64,000 bases of DNA from Lama glama (Eukaryota), in NCBI GenBank assembly GCA_028534125.1, contig CM052816.1, positions 38,938,001 through 39,002,000 on the forward strand. Reading direction: 5' to 3'. The notes beneath the pieces were generated by a model, which was not told where the DNA came from, ran no database searches, and worked only from the letters and a program-made list of their open reading frames with translations. This document shows positions 37,631-50,790 of this stretch, piece after piece. Position numbers and translations under genes: made by a program. Within the stretch, counting starts at the first letter, position 1. Each line of letters starts with the position of its first letter.

Positions 37631-40600
37631 ATAAGTACAGTCTTGAGTTTAGCCTTAAAAGAGAAAAAGCAGAAAAGCTTATCAAGAATAGAAAATATAT
37701 TCTGTTACCTAACTCAGGAGAAAAAAACCTCTTATGATTCCCTAGAAGGTAATTCATATTCTCAATATCGGAAATGGGGCTATAACCTCATCAAACCTAC
37801 AGAGGAAGTCCCCATTAAAATTCAAAGGAACTTGGAGCCCATGTTTGTGCAAAGTATCCTTTAAATACAGTGATCTTGTGGACGTATTTTGGGACCTTAT
37901 TTAGAAAGTCTGTAGCTTGATAAATATTTTTTATTTGGGTTATTTGCATTCCTTTTAAAACATACTTCTACCATGGAATGCACTTCATTCAATGTGAGAC
38001 GGGAAATACAAACTAAAAAGACCAGTTGTTCTATGGAATTTGTTCCAGAGGAAGCCAGGGCCTCGTAGATGACGGCCTTGGTCATAGCACTGAATTCAGA
38101 GAGAAAGGTGGGTTTCACCAATCCAGAACACAATAATGACCTTCAGAGTGAAATGATGACCTCACAGAGAGACTTTCTTTTTCAGACTGACTCCTTTTGC
38201 AATACTGACGCAAAATCACACCCAACACCTTGCCGTTATGTGGCGCTTTACTTTTTAAAAGCAGTAGTTCATCCCATAAACATGTAATGTGACCCTATAG
38301 GAATTGAGATATAAAGGAAAAAAGGCACAATACCTACATCAGAAGAATGTATAATGTAGTGGGGAAGATAAACATATAAGTAGGCTAAAATACCATGACA
38401 CGTGATATTCTACTAAATAATTCTAAATAGGAAAGACAAAGAGGGAAGATGAGGATGCTATTAACTTTGTAATCTTACCTGAGCCCTCTTGTAATTCCTT
38501 GAGATAAGGAAGGAAAGCACTGCTGTCTGCATCTGATTGATGCGGAACAGCCCCTCCATTGGGTGAAGGGCTTTGCCTGAGGTAACACAGCTATCCGCTG
38601 GCATAGCTGGGGTCCTCTGATTCCTCAGTTGGTGCTCTTTGTACTCTGTGACACTGACCCAAATCACAACCTAGTATTCTGGCATAGAATTTCTCTGCTT
38701 TCTTAACTGATACATAGTTGGTACAGAGAAGATGTTAGTAGACAAAAGTTCACCTGTTATCACCTTTCTCTGATGTGAACTCAAATCACATTTTGGAGGG
38801 CACATTTCAGATGATATCTAAATAAGGCATACTTAGATTTTTGCAGTTTCATTAAAAATAGACTATAAAAAAATAATTTGCTAGAAAATTTGGCTTTCAT
38901 TCTGTGTACATTAGAATCCTCCTGATTAATCTTGTATGAGATATATTAGAAAAATAACACATTCCTTTCCATTCTCCCTTACACATGCTACAACCAGAAT
39001 GTCAATTCAATCTGAAACTATATTGTATCAAGAAAGTATATTATTTACTTTAAAAAGAAAAAAGCTTCAAGTTGAATTAATGGAGATCTAAAATCATTCA
39101 CATAATATGCCTAATGCTAATACAGCTTTAATCCCTTTAAGGATGACTGTCAAGAGGTACAAAATTTCCAAGAGAAAAATGAGTAAATGATTTAATAAAA
39201 AGACAAAGTCATGTATAATTCTATATAATCATATCAGAAGAGGAAGTCTTATAAATTTAAACAAATAGGAAGAATAATATTCTTTCATTTCAGTGGTACT
39301 GTAAAAAGCCACCAAATTTAGAAACTCTTCAAGGACTTTTTCAGGGAGGGAGCTACTGAAAAAAAAATACAAGAACATTGTCTTTTACTCAGATAATCCT
39401 TTACGTTATTCAAGCTACTGCCCTCATTTTCTGGCCTTTCCCTCTTCTAATTCCTTAAATCTATCTTCCTCCATCTAAAACCAGAAAGAATAATTAGAGG
39501 GCATGTGGCTCCACCTTTTATGGAAATATCTATACTCCTCATTTGCATGTGTTTGGACCCATTACCAGCTGTCCATAAAAGCAGGAGAGTGACCATTCCT
39601 CCTTGTTATCCAGGCAGACTCTGTTCAAAGCCAAAGATTAGAACAGTGCAAATGGAAGAAAATAGCTTTTTTTCTCTGAAAAATACAAGAGCAGTTTAAA
39701 GTGAATAGAAATTAGTGGATCAGTGAACTGGAAGAAAACGTTATTGCCTCTGAAATAGCCTTGCTCCCACTCAACTTTGCATAACAATATTCGGTTTGCT
39801 ATTATGCAGCACGACTTCCAGCCCGCTTCCCAGACCAAATCAGGAGAAGTTCCCCTCTATACCGTTAGACTGGTGGGAATGAAATGCACAATGCAACCAA
39901 ACATAGTTAAACCTTTTAGGAGGACTTTTTTTTCTCAATCTAAGCAATTATTTCTGCTATTAACAGGTGTAAAATGTCTTCTAACAAGAAGTGCAAAACA
40001 GCAAATGTACTTTTGAAATATGTAGCACAAGTTGCATATAAATAAGACATTCTAGGAGTCTATCTGCTTCAATTTTATAAAGCAGATGTCTGCTGTCCTA
40101 AGCAAATAGTTCAAGTTGTTTCCAAAATATAGAGGCAAAAAGCAACAGAGGTACCATTTACACACTCATTAGTAAGAGAGGAAACGCATCTGCTTTGGAA
40201 AATTGCTGCTCACTAAAAAGCAAGTTTCCCTAGCAACGGGTACATCACAGAACTCTTAGACTACTTCTAAGCTACAAGAGAAATTACAGCGAAATATATT
40301 TAAAAGATTTTTATCAAGTACTTTTTATCTTTGCTATGGGAACATTTTTTGGTAAGGGCAAATCAAAGAGCAAAGGGAAGGACAGCCAATCTATATCATC
40401 AGATGAGAGAGAGAAGTAAAAACAGGGAAATGGATGGCGAGGGAATTCCCCCACCTCTGGCACCATCTCAATATGGGGTATAGTTGGTTTACTGACCTCT
40501 GCCTCCATTCTTTTCTTTGTAGCTTTTCTTATTTCCTTCATTAGCAGAAGAATTGCTACAAGTCAAAGAATTTCTAATTAGGTGGTAACAGAGTCAATAG

Positions 40601-41289
40601 GTAGAAGCTTTAATCCCATAATTCTGTTTATAGTTACTCCATCTCACTCCCTCCCCTAGCCTCCTCTCCTGCTGCAGAGGTGACATCCACAGACGAGGTG
40701 GGCGTCCCTGTTGTCATTTCTCTCTCTAAATGCTTTCAGTACTCAAAAAGGCCTTTAGAATCCTCTCAAAGTTTCTAGAAATCCAATAGGGAATATCTTA
40801 ACGTTTCCAGGGGGAAAAAAAAAGCTATAAAATACATGTCTTTTGCTATGAGCATTGAAATATGTCTAAAAATAAAGCAGAACATCTGAATTTGCCAGCA
40901 TTTCTGGATTGTCCTGATATGTCTGTGTCGTTTTAACTGAAATATTACTTGGGAAGATAGCGTATTCTCTCAGTGAATTGTTCCCTTGCAATACTATATT
41001 TGAATGTATTTAATTGCCAATACCTGTTTTAATGCCGTAAATGATAGCTTGTTTGAAATGTCTTTTAATTGCACCAAGTAACCGTTAATACAGCTTATTT
41101 CTTTCTAAAGGATCATTCTTGGATCTGAGGGAGCAGTGTGAGGGAGCCAAGATAGTAGGATCAGCCTTCAGCCCACCACTCGCATAGTACTCTGAGACAG
41201 AAACAAAGCAACAAGTACATGGATTTAAATTCAAATGCACCATCCTGCAAAAACCAAGATGGCATTAACAGGGAAAAAAAGGAGCTGAG

Positions 41290-41495
41290 ATCTTCTCAGT
41301 ATCTGTTCTGTGCCATGCATTGTACCTACATTCTCACTTTGGTCCTCACATTAACACCCCAAGGTATTATTAAAGGCATGTTTCAGATGAGGGTTTTGAA
41401 ACTGAGAGATGAAGCAACCTGGTCAGCATCACATAGGAGTAGTCGGAGAACTGAGATTCAAATCCAAGTTTGCCTGAAACCAAAGCTCATGCTCT
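41290..41495 (-). mobile_element. MIR SINE
   Basis: tgtgccatgcattgtacc...tttcagatgagggttttgaaactgagagatgaagcaacctggtc...gagattcaaatccaagtttgcctga. Confidence 0.75.
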
Positions 41496-41654
41496 CTATG
41501 TATCTCTCTTTGTCCCTCCAGTAGCAAGGGTTGTATTAGTCAGCTGCTCATTTTTTCACCTGGACTTCTTCTTGGCAGGGGTCACAAATTGTTGAGGCTT
41601 TGTTCTCTTCAGACAAAAGAGGTTTTTTTTGTTTTGTTTTGTTTACTTTTTTAA

Positions 41655-42160
41655 ATACACATTGTAATTTTAGGATAGTATTGGACTTATAGAAAAGTTG
41701 TGAAGATAGTACAGAGAATTCCCATGTATTCTATACCCAGGTTCCCCTACTGTTAACATCTTACGTTAGCCTGGAACATTTATCACAACTAACGAAACAA
41801 AATTCATACATTATTATTATCAAAATGACAATACTTGTACTTTATTCATATTTTCTTAGTTTTTACCTAATATCCTTTTTTCTGTTTTAGGATCCCTTCA
41901 AAGATACCACATTACAGGGAATTGTTATCTATGTTTAGGTGTCTCTTATCTGTGACAGCTTATAAGATTTTCCTAGTTTTCAACGATATTTACAGTTTTG
42001 AGGAGCACAGTATATTCTATAAATCCATGCTAACAATGAAAAAACTGTCTCCCATCATCCACCATCAATTTACTTAACTTTTCAATTTCAGTATGCATGT
42101 ATAGTGGTTTCAGAATTGTCAACTGTGGTCCACAGGAAACAATTTTACCAACTAGAGTAC
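41655..42160 (-). mobile_element. L1MC/L1MD 3' UTR fragments
   Basis: agaaaagttgtgaagatagtacagagaattcccatgta...gttaacatcttac...tttttacctaatatccttttttctgttttaggatccc. Confidence 0.75.
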
Positions 42161-42161
42161 A

Positions 42162-42471
42162 GGCTGGAGACCCATGGGAGAGCTGATGTCGCAGTTCAAG
42201 TCTGAAGGCCTTTTGTTGGCAGAAGTTCTTCTTGCCCAGGGGAGGTAAGTTTTTGTTTTATCAAGACCTTCAGTTGATTAGATGAGGCTGACCCACATTA
42301 TGAAGGGCAATTTACTTTATTTAAAGTCTACTGCTTTAAATGTTAATCTTACTCAAGAAACACCCTTACACAATGAATATACATATGTTCATGTATAACT
42401 GAAAAATTATGCTCTACACTGGAATTTGACACAACATTGTAGAATGATTATAACTCAATAAAAAATGTTGA

Positions 42472-42519
<48 letters not shown>

Positions 42520-42626
42520 GAGAAAGAGAGAGAGAAACACCCTTACAGAAACATTCAGAGTAATTTTTGATGAAATATCTGGATATCATGGCCCAGTCAA
42601 ACTGATACATAAAATTAATGATCATA
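42162..42626 (-). mobile_element. ERVL LTR (MLT2-like), partial, split by L1
   Basis: ggctggagacccatgggagagctgatgtcgcagttcaagtctgaaggc...gattagatgaggctgacccacattatgaagggcaa...cagtcaaactgatacataaaattaa. Confidence 0.85.
42371..42532 (+). mobile_element. Young camelid L1 3' tip with (AAAG)12 tail
   Basis: caatgaatatacatatgttcatgtataactgaaaaattatgctctacactggaatttgacacaacattg...; perfect 15-bp TSD AGAAACACCCTTACA at 42356-42370 and 42533-42547; (AAAG)12 at 42471-42518. Confidence 0.93.
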
Positions 42627-44069
42627 CCCTCCATTTTTAGTTTCTTTTTGAGAGTTTTTATCATGAATAGGTTTGAATTTTAGATAAAACAGTTTTATTT
42701 AGAAATGTGAATTAACTGCCAAACTTAAAGCCAGATTTCATATAAAATCCTGATTTGGGGATTCTTTTTAAAAATAAAGGCATAAAAAGATATGACAGCA
42801 CCAGGATTCCCTCATGGCAACTGACAACGTGAGCTGAGGAATGGCTGTGCTCTCCTTCAGGGGTTTGTCTCCAGGTCACCCCAGCCTGTGACACACTGTT
42901 ACCTGCCTGGCTCCAATGAGCATCTGAGTTTGCTATTTCTGGAGCAATGTTATCAAGTAAAGTTACCTAATACTCACTGAACATTGCCTACAAGCAAGGC
43001 CAGGGCCTTCCAACTTGGACACAAGTGCAGGGGGAATGGCTGGAAGCTGTAAGGCAGAATGAAGGAAGTGGGACAGAATGAAGAGCAGGACCGAACCTGT
43101 GAATTCGTTCAGACTTGCTCACATTCTAACCAAGGGAGATAAGGGGTCAAGATGTTTGAAAATTAGTCATAAAGGAATTAAAAACCTGTTCTCAGTGGAA
43201 TAATGATCTTCCATGGATTTTAACTCAGGTGATTAAGAAGAACAAGGGTCCAAGAATCCAAAAAACTAGAACTGTCTTCTTCACTCAGTTACTAACTAAC
43301 CTTTAGACCCATCAGCAGCCCTAAGCCTCAGTTGGCTTCGGGTCCCATATCTATAAGTGGAGATAGCAGGGCTGTTGCATAAGCAGCAGCTATGTAGGTA
43401 AATAAAGGAATAAAGAAGGAAAAAGAAGACAATGGTGGGGGACTGGGTCTAAGCATAGTACACTAAAGAAAAGGACAGCTACTGCTCTACCACAGACCAC
43501 TGTCACCTGCGGGAATCTGGGCTTGGGGTTGCCAGATTGCCCCACTTTGCCAGGGTATCCAGAGCTATGTGTGAGTCTGTGTGTGTGTCTTAATTTGAAA
43601 TGTTTGACTTTTAAAAATATTATTGACTGATTCAAAATTTTTGAAGCCAAACCGAGAGAGTGCAACAAAATATCTCTGGACTGTACTGGCCCTCAGGCCC
43701 TCAGTTTTCTAGACTAAAGTCTATTTAGCATTAGGATTCTGTGATTTTAAGTACTGAAGAGATATGATCATCTCTGGGAAGAGGAGAGGGGTGGAAGTGG
43801 GCATGTTTTCACTGGAAAAGCTCAAAAAGATGAAATGTGTGGCATTCGCTAAGTGGCCCGTTTTGCCACCCTCCTCTGAATCTTGCATTTCGTGAGCACG
43901 AAATAAGAGATGTGGGCAGATGCACTATGTGAGCATCACTTACGGAGACTGAGTGAGGAGATGCTGCTGGAGAGGAGAAAAGGGAGGAGAAGGTGGAAAT
44001 TAGTCTCCAGGGAAGGATGAGAATTACACCCATTTCCAGGAAAGCCAAAAAGGAAGTGAGGAAAAACAT

Positions 44070-44370
44070 TTTAAAAACATGTACTTTGTGCTAGGTGCTT
44101 CATATACCTCATTTAGTGCCTAAATCTTTTAGGCACTAAATGGTATTACCCATCAATATAGTGACAGCAGCATTTTTCATGTACCAAGCACAGTACAAAG
44201 TGATTTAACTTCTGTCTTATCCTACCAGTACTGTGAGAGAGAAGCTTTAATGGCCAATATATAGATGAGAAAATTAAGACTTAAAGACAGACCCAGCTAT
44301 TTGGTCCAAAATCCACAGCTTAATTAGCAGGGGGATTCAGACTGAGGTCTCTGTCTATACAGCACTTGCT
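44070..44370 (-). mobile_element. Two adjacent MIR fragments
   Basis: tgtgctaggtgcttcatatacctcattt...; tgtaccaagcacagtacaaagtg...atagatgagaaaattaagactt...ggtccaaaatccacagct. Confidence 0.6.
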
Positions 44371-44959
44371 CATCACACTTTTCTGTTTCTCTAAAAAGTC
44401 AGAGACTGATTCAAGATCCCATTACCCAAAAACAGTAGTAGAAGTGAAATTCCATTGCAGCTTTGACTCTTCAGAGCCTCCGATTGCTTGTCCTACTGTA
44501 GATCCCCCATTAGCACCACACCAGTCTGCAAATCCCCAGGGGACGATGCACTTGAAAACTGTTCCCCTAAATTGTTCCTGAATTCACAGACTTCTATCCT
44601 GTAGCTTTCACTTCTGGAACATAGTGTATGTATGCAACCTCTGGCTCCCCTGGAGAGTGAAAGCAACACTGGGCTAAGATAATTAGACAACATTTAACAA
44701 TCATTGTTTCTCTTTTTTCCAACACACAAAAATATTGGAGAATGTGAATGACACAGTACTTAATTTTAAAAACCAAACAAATGCCAAGCATCTGAGAAAA
44801 GAGTGCTAGTGCACTGAATGTATTTTCTATTCAGTTTGCCACTTGCCTCCAATGTGAGAAACATATTATAGGCATTTCCAAATACAAACAAACCAAATGC
44901 AAAAACAAGCTAAGCAGGGAAGCTGTTTTGAGGTTGGTAGACTGCACACCAACATCAAC

Positions 44960-45165
44960 ACCAATAAGCACATACCACGTGCCATGCAGTATCCTGAGCA
45001 CTTTACACGTATTACTTAATTTCATCCTCCCCACAGCTCAACTTTTCAGATGAACACACTGAGATACAAAAAGGCTAAAGAACATGCCCCAAGGGATGCA
45101 GTTAGTAAGTGGTGGAGCCAGGCTTCAAGCTCAGATATGTGCTCCCAACACCTTAACCACCTCTT
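44960..45165 (-). mobile_element. MIR SINE
   Basis: ccacgtgccatgcagtatcctgagcactttacacgtatt...ttttcagatgaacacactgag...gttagtaagtggtggagccaggcttcaagctcag. Confidence 0.78.
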
Positions 45166-45554
45166 AAAATTGTCAAGTGACAGAAAGCATGGTCTAATTT
45201 GGCCAATGATTTGTACAATCTGAAGGTTTCTCTTTTCTTTGGTCCTTTCACATTCTCTAAAAGCACATGATTCACTTAGAGTGATTCAAACAGATACTCT
45301 CAGTACTTAAACTGCACCTGCAGAAGTCTCTTTACTGTGTGTTAATTCTCATAGATTGGTAGGGCTCTATAGCACAGAGATACCAAAAATCAGACTCCTT
45401 GGACATGAGGGCACTTGGAATTGAAAATTTAATAAAGCGTTTATAAATGGATATACCCACAAACCAAGATGGGTACTTATATGAGGCATAGTCACACAGT
45501 GTCTGCTTAATAAATGTCCAATGAATGGATGAATGAATACTGTGTCTTTAACAT

Positions 45555-45830
45555 TTTATTGATTCATTCAACAAATATGTACATGTGCCATCTATGTGCC
45601 AGGCACTGTTCTAGGCAATGGAGCACCAAGCAAAACAGACAGAATCCCTACCCTCATAGGGTTACACTCTGATAGAAACAGAAGGTAAATAGGGTAAGTT
45701 AGATATTTAATGTTAGACAGATATAAAAACTGACAGGAAAAAATGAAGAAAAGAAAATGTACTGGGACAGTTGGAAGTAGTTCTGCAATTCTAGACAGGG
45801 TGGCAAGGGAAGGTGCCCCTGTGAGTCAGT
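45555..45830 (-). mobile_element. L2 3' end
   Basis: ttcattcaacaaatatgtac...tatgtgccaggcactgttctaggcaatgga...aaaacagacagaatccctaccctcataggg. Confidence 0.78.
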
Positions 45831-47787
45831 GCTTTTAAATAACTGACCTTGATAAATATTTTTAAACTCGCTATTAAACATTTAAATTTTTAGTTCCCCT
45901 ATATGTATGGTAAATTCAGCCTAATATGTGTAATTAATATTGTTGTGTATTTTTTTACATTAGGTGTAACAGAGATAATTTTTATACATTCTAGCAGAAT
46001 AAATTGCAGAAAATCATAAAACATGATAGAAAAATAGGATATATCTTATAAATCACTAAAGATAGGTCCAGATCATTGTATTTGGCTTATTTATAACAAT
46101 ATCAGTGCCATCAAAACTCGATGTATCTCCAAATGAAATCTAAATAAATAAGTAAAACCCCATCTGGAGCCTTCTTCAAAATAATCTACTCTTGCAGATT
46201 CCTGCTGTCCTGGTGTGACCCCTATGTAGCCTGAGTAGCATTTGAGGCAGAGATTGTGTGACATGGTCTCGTCACCCATACACAACCCTTCCTAGTATCA
46301 GCGAAGCAAATCAGGATGCAAAGTACTTATGGCCACTAAGCAGAGAAAGTAGTTTTGATTTTTCTTCTCTCTCTAAAATGTGAAGACTCACTAATGAAAA
46401 ACGATTTAGTACTAAATCAAAATAATTTCACAATATCAAGGCCTTGAAAGTGGGTACTATGGAACTGGAGTTAAAACTGGGGCTGTGATTATCAGTGAGG
46501 ATACAACCATATATAGCTAATGCTGTATGAAAAAAGAGAAAAAGCCCTATTCACCTTCTCGGGGTTCGCCAGCCTTATATTGTGAAACTGCACATTGGGT
46601 TTGGCAAACATGTATAAAGGGTCTCATTTCTTCTCCATTTTTATTATCACTTTATTTGTCCACAGAGAAACTTTTCTCAAGCTTTCAGTCTGTGAACTTG
46701 TCTTCCTTTGTTCATTGTTTCCGACAGTATGTATCCACTTCAAAAATATTTGAAATTATTTTGCTTTTTAAAACCTACCAAGCATTACATTAGTCTCTGG
46801 TTTCCTGCTGTCATAACATTTCACTTATTTTCTGGATTTTAAATTCATTTTCACACACAATATATGACTGCATTCTAGTAACTGAAATATGCAACTTAGA
46901 TGTTTAAAAATATATCCCAAAGCCACCTATCTGATCAGTAAGCCTTTTAAATCTATTTGAATAAAGACTGTATATTTACTACTATAGAAATCTATAAAGT
47001 TCTTAATTTATCATTAGACACACAAAAAACTACCCAAATGTATTAGAAGTGAGACCCATTCAAGTACTTAGCTCTCCCTCCATCAGCTCTACTCAAGATA
47101 TTTCACTCCAGCTTCGAATAACTAAATGTCACAGTTCTGTGCCAAACACATCAAGGACTTCCCTGGCATCAGTGTGCCTGCTTTAGATTGAGCAATATTT
47201 CAGAGTCATCAGAATTAACCATCCACTAAATTCAATTTAATAAGGCTGCATCACCCTCAGTGTTTCACCTTCATGCACAATTTATTATAATTTTATATGA
47301 AAAGCTAAAATCTCAGAACATACATATGCTATCATATTCCGGAAAAGAAAGCCATTTTCTTGAGCAGTTTTAGACAGCAGATAGCAACTCAGACTGAAAC
47401 TGGGTGTCTTCTCAGAGCATCTGACAGAATTCACGTTGAAAAAGAGATTAAAGACAAAATGTCAGGGTTTTCCAACTGTGAGAAATCCCTGCATTATCCT
47501 TCAGCTGTTCAGCCCCGACAAGACAAGCCTCACGCAAGGATTCCCAGGGCCCTTCTGAAAGCAGACACAGACCCTGGCTACCCCCAGGAACTCCTTGCAT
47601 ACACCTAGGGGTGAGGGAAGACAGGAACTGCTGTATGTGACTTCAAAGAGAGCCTGGAAATGCACCTAATCCGCATGTATGTCCTTTCTTAACTTTCACC
47701 TTTTATTACTTTCTTCTGTCTTACAACAAAGAAAAACAACAGACACTGCAATGCAAATAAAAATTCAGAAAATAAAGAACGAAAGTA

Positions 47788-48027
47788 GTGTGTATCTGTT
47801 AATCCCATACTTGTCCCTCCCCCTCCCTCTCCCCTTTGGTAATCATGTTTGTTTTCTGCATCCGAGTCTGTTTCTGGCTTGTGTGTACATACATAAAACA
47901 CATAAGAAGGATTTACCGTAGAATAACTTATAGTGGAATATATTCTGCAAAAACACCCTAATCACACGCTATACATCTGAAACACAATATTATAAATCAA
48001 CTATACTTCAATTAAAAAAAGAAAAGA
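47788..48027. mobile_element. 5'-inverted (twin-primed) truncated L1 3' UTR
   Basis: 47788-~47878 is antisense L1 3' UTR; ~47885-48027 is the sense continuation plus A tail; TSD AAAGAACGAA(A)GTA at 47774-47787 and 48028-48040. Confidence 0.85.
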
Positions 48028-50669
48028 AAAGAACGAAGTAAATTATAAGTAGGGACTGTCCAGAAAAATCTACATTAGAAACATTAACAAGGATGAAACA
48101 TAATTTTGTTGGCCTCAAGGTAAAATGGTGCATCTCAGGTTATTTTAAATTCAGGATAAAGGCTATCTTGAGATGTCATAGGAAGGTCCTAGTTAGATGT
48201 AGGTGATACAGATACAAAACTCCCACATTTGAAAAACAGGAACTTTAAGGATGGGGGAGGGGAACTGCATCTTCTCCAAGCTGACCTAATTCATTAGATG
48301 GGTCACTCGTTACTAACTAGATATGCTGGCTGTGTGCTTATCTTAAGAAAAAAAAATAATAAGGCTAAGTTTTCCACTGGAAAAGCAGAAACCAATCACA
48401 AAGAGTATCATTTTCCCAACAGTACCAGTGTGCAAACAGGTACCTACAGCAGGCAAGGCTGCAGGCACCACAACAGGCCAGTAGTCTCCAGCAGTGTTGA
48501 CACGCTGTTGTGGTACTCTCCCCAGTTTCACACATTGAACAATAACTCAAACCCATCACAAGATCACTTGTCAGTCCTCCTCGGTTAAATGGGTCTTTAT
48601 TTTTAGAGAACAATGGGAATTATAGGAAACTGGAGGCCTTACATCACAGAACTAAAAATAGGTGCTGTTAAATGCAGCCTCATGTTTTTGTTTTTCAATT
48701 TTAAAATGAAGTTGATATTTGAGATGGGTTATTCATCTGTCAGACAGTTTATGATGCCCCAGTGATGTCACCTCATCTAGGTGATTAAGGAGCTATTTAG
48801 TTTTTCAATCAGACAAATCACTAGCTCTCAACAGGAATTTTAATCAGGATTGTTGCTGTGCTGAGATTGTCCCCAGCGAACAGAGCATTACTGACCTTTC
48901 CTCCACAGGAAATTTAAATTTGTATCATTTGGCTGGTTAGGATTCCTGCCATTTCCCCATGGATCAAGATTAGAGATGAACTTTCAGGTTCGGTCATACA
49001 TTAAAAATACAAACACATAAGCTGTGAAAAGCCAGAAGCAGAATGATGTCTTTCCCCTCGTGCAAAGGTCACTGCTGTTTTTCTCATTCATTACAGCTGA
49101 CCACAGGCTCCTACACTTACTGCCCCATTTAGGAAATTCAAATTGGAAAATAGCCATACTCATGGGTTCTCAGCATGTTCACTGCCTTAAGATTATCTAC
49201 TATATTTAACTTTGTTCTCTCATTTGTATGTTAAAGGAAAAAATATTTCCCTTGTGAGAAACTAGACCTAACAAGACATTATTTGAAGTGTGTTAATGAG
49301 GTCATATTTATTAGAATAGCTCTGTTTAGGTCTAGAAAGTTCCTTCCTTGTACTACCAAGGGAAAAGAAAAAAATTCGAAGTAAATATTCGCTGGAGAAA
49401 CCTGCTACTCTCAAAATAAGCAATTTCAGGACACAAACTTATAAAACTGCGTGTCATGAAGTTATTAATTCAGTAGGTTAGGGAGTCACACAATCCCCCA
49501 CCCCAACAGGGTCAATAAAAAATAACTTAGGAAAGCTAGTTACCACAATCTCCAGTTTTAGATTTACAATTATTTTCATATTTCCAAAACTGAATTCATA
49601 AATTTATATAATCATGAAACAACAACTTCTAGGATCCTACACAACACTCAATGATTCAGGACTGAGAGAGAAAAGGTTGAGAAGTCTAACCCTAGAATTA
49701 TACCAAAAATGCAGCAGATTTAATAACAACATCAGAAAGAAAAAAAAAAGACTCAGGACTGAAGTTTTATTATACCTTATTTAAAAGGTAATATTGTTTG
49801 AAACCAAGTAAGTCTACATTTATTTCCAGCTCAACACTTAGCCTCTAATTTTCAATTTAATCTGTTTAGCTATACTACAATATTTGATTCTTAGAGGATA
49901 TGCATTCAATTATCACTACATATCAGAAAACATTAAGAAAATACTTAAGAAGTCTAACTCATTGTAACTGAGCTATAGGTCTAGGCTTGGAAGCAATTTA
50001 GAAATGCTTTTTTAATGTTTGTCTATAAATTATGTAATTTCATTAATTTCACAATCTGTATAAAGAGTGCTTTGTGGTTTAGTCATGGAAGGGCAGGCTT
50101 TTTTTGTCTGTTGTTTGTTCTTAAATTTAAATCAGTGGGCTAGAGACTATTTCATCTTGATAAACAGGTCTGATTATGCATTGTTTTCATGAATTGCCTT
50201 CACCATTAAAATGAAGCACATAAATGAGAAAGAGAAAAATCATTGCAGCAATCAGCTAGGAGCAAATGCACAATTGCTTGACACTCTTCCTGGAAACTTG
50301 ATTCAGATCTGACATCAGCCATATCACTTCTATTGCACAATATCAAATATAAAAGGTATTGTGAGAGAATAACTTCTACATAGCAGAAGAAAAAGCCCCA
50401 AATTGTTCTTACCAGAGTTTTCATGGTCTGTGACACGGCAGGGAGATTAATAACAAAAAAAATTAACAAAAGAAAATTAGTGAAAGTAAAGTGTACAAAA
50501 CTGAATGACACAAACATCCTTAATTATATGCAAAAGGTGAATAAATGTCTGTTTCTTTATCGTAAGTAAGCTGGGGGGAAAATGAGTAGCTATTGCACCA
50601 GATACTCTGCTAAGCGATAACATGTAAACCTGGCTCACGTCCTCCACAAAAAACTTTTTAAAGCTAAGT

Positions 50670-50790
50670 CTCAAAGACAGTAGCTCAAGGTCACACAGCT
50701 TAAGGTGTCAGAGCCAGGGTTCAAGCCCAGAATTCAGGTCCAGGTTTTGTCTGACTGCAAGGCCCATGTTCTTTTCACTGCACATTCTGC
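50670..50790 (-). mobile_element. MIR fragment
   Basis: ctcaaggtcacacagcttaaggtgtcagagccagggttcaagcccag...gtctgactgcaaggcccatgttctt. Confidence 0.75.
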
